The notes beneath the pieces are model-generated. The model was not told where the DNA came from. It did not search any database and saw only the letters and a program-made list of their open reading frames with translations. This document shows positions 64,000 to 64,000 of a DNA stretch of 64,000 nucleotides, piece by piece. Origin of the DNA: Verrucomicrobiota bacterium (GTDB lineage Bacteria > Verrucomicrobiota > Verrucomicrobiia > Limisphaerales > SXTU01); assembly GCA_016871445.1 (NCBI GenBank), contig VHDH01000005.1, forward strand, positions 1,842 to 65,841. The letters are read 5' to 3'. Each line of letters opens with the position of its first letter. Position 1 is the stretch's first letter. The position numbers were made by a program, and so were the translations under genes.

Positions 64000-64000
64000 G

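Noticed and set aside
1-64000. Looked for CRISPR arrays, rRNA, transposases/IS ends, toxin-antitoxin pairs and known defence-system enzymes
   Set aside because: None was recognisable. The only repeats seen are the short heptamer arrays, the in-frame palindromic element and the dnaB tail duplication reported above.

Overview
This window reads as a GC-rich chromosomal segment from a PVC-superphylum bacterium, most likely Verrucomicrobiota and less likely Planctomycetota. That placement rests on gene content: three formylglycine-type sulfatases, two DUF1501 proteins, a PSCyt/DUF1549/DUF1553 protein, two prepilin-type H-X9-DG (DUF1559) proteins, a Pirellula/Verrucomicrobium-type 'membrane-bound dehydrogenase' protein and an exosortase.

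I call about 50 protein-coding genes and one tRNA-Gln(UUG). Housekeeping genes (smc, ftsK, dnaB, ruvC, typA, purM, lysA, tyrA, deoC, pyrR, yacG, a probably PPi-dependent phosphofructokinase) are interspersed with PVC-specific secreted and periplasmic proteins. I found no rRNA, CRISPR array, transposase, integrase or recognisable defence system.

Functions were assigned only by reading motifs in the supplied translations. No searches or statistics were run. Many start codons were moved downstream of the longest ORF where a signal peptide or a conserved N-terminus indicated it.

The observations most worth a second look:
- A recurring two-gene module pairs a DUF1559 pseudopilin with a small, apparently unnamed lipoprotein ending in PPPPPG-x-YVID. 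There are two copies, and one is wedged on the opposite strand between a PSCyt/DUF1553 gene and a DUF1501 gene.
- A diverged second copy of the dnaB 3' end lies immediately after the dnaB stop codon, with substitutions that look like purifying selection.
- A 93-nt heptamer-built palindromic element sits in frame inside the PSCyt/DUF1553 gene, and tandem heptanucleotide repeats occur in two 5' leaders.
- An A9 tract interrupts a hypothetical gene in this GC-rich genome.
- A 961-aa secreted protein is built from at least seven copies of an unrecognised ~42-aa module.
- A ClpX paralog lacks the zinc-finger domain and lies in an apparent operon with a sulfatase and a 4-TM protein.
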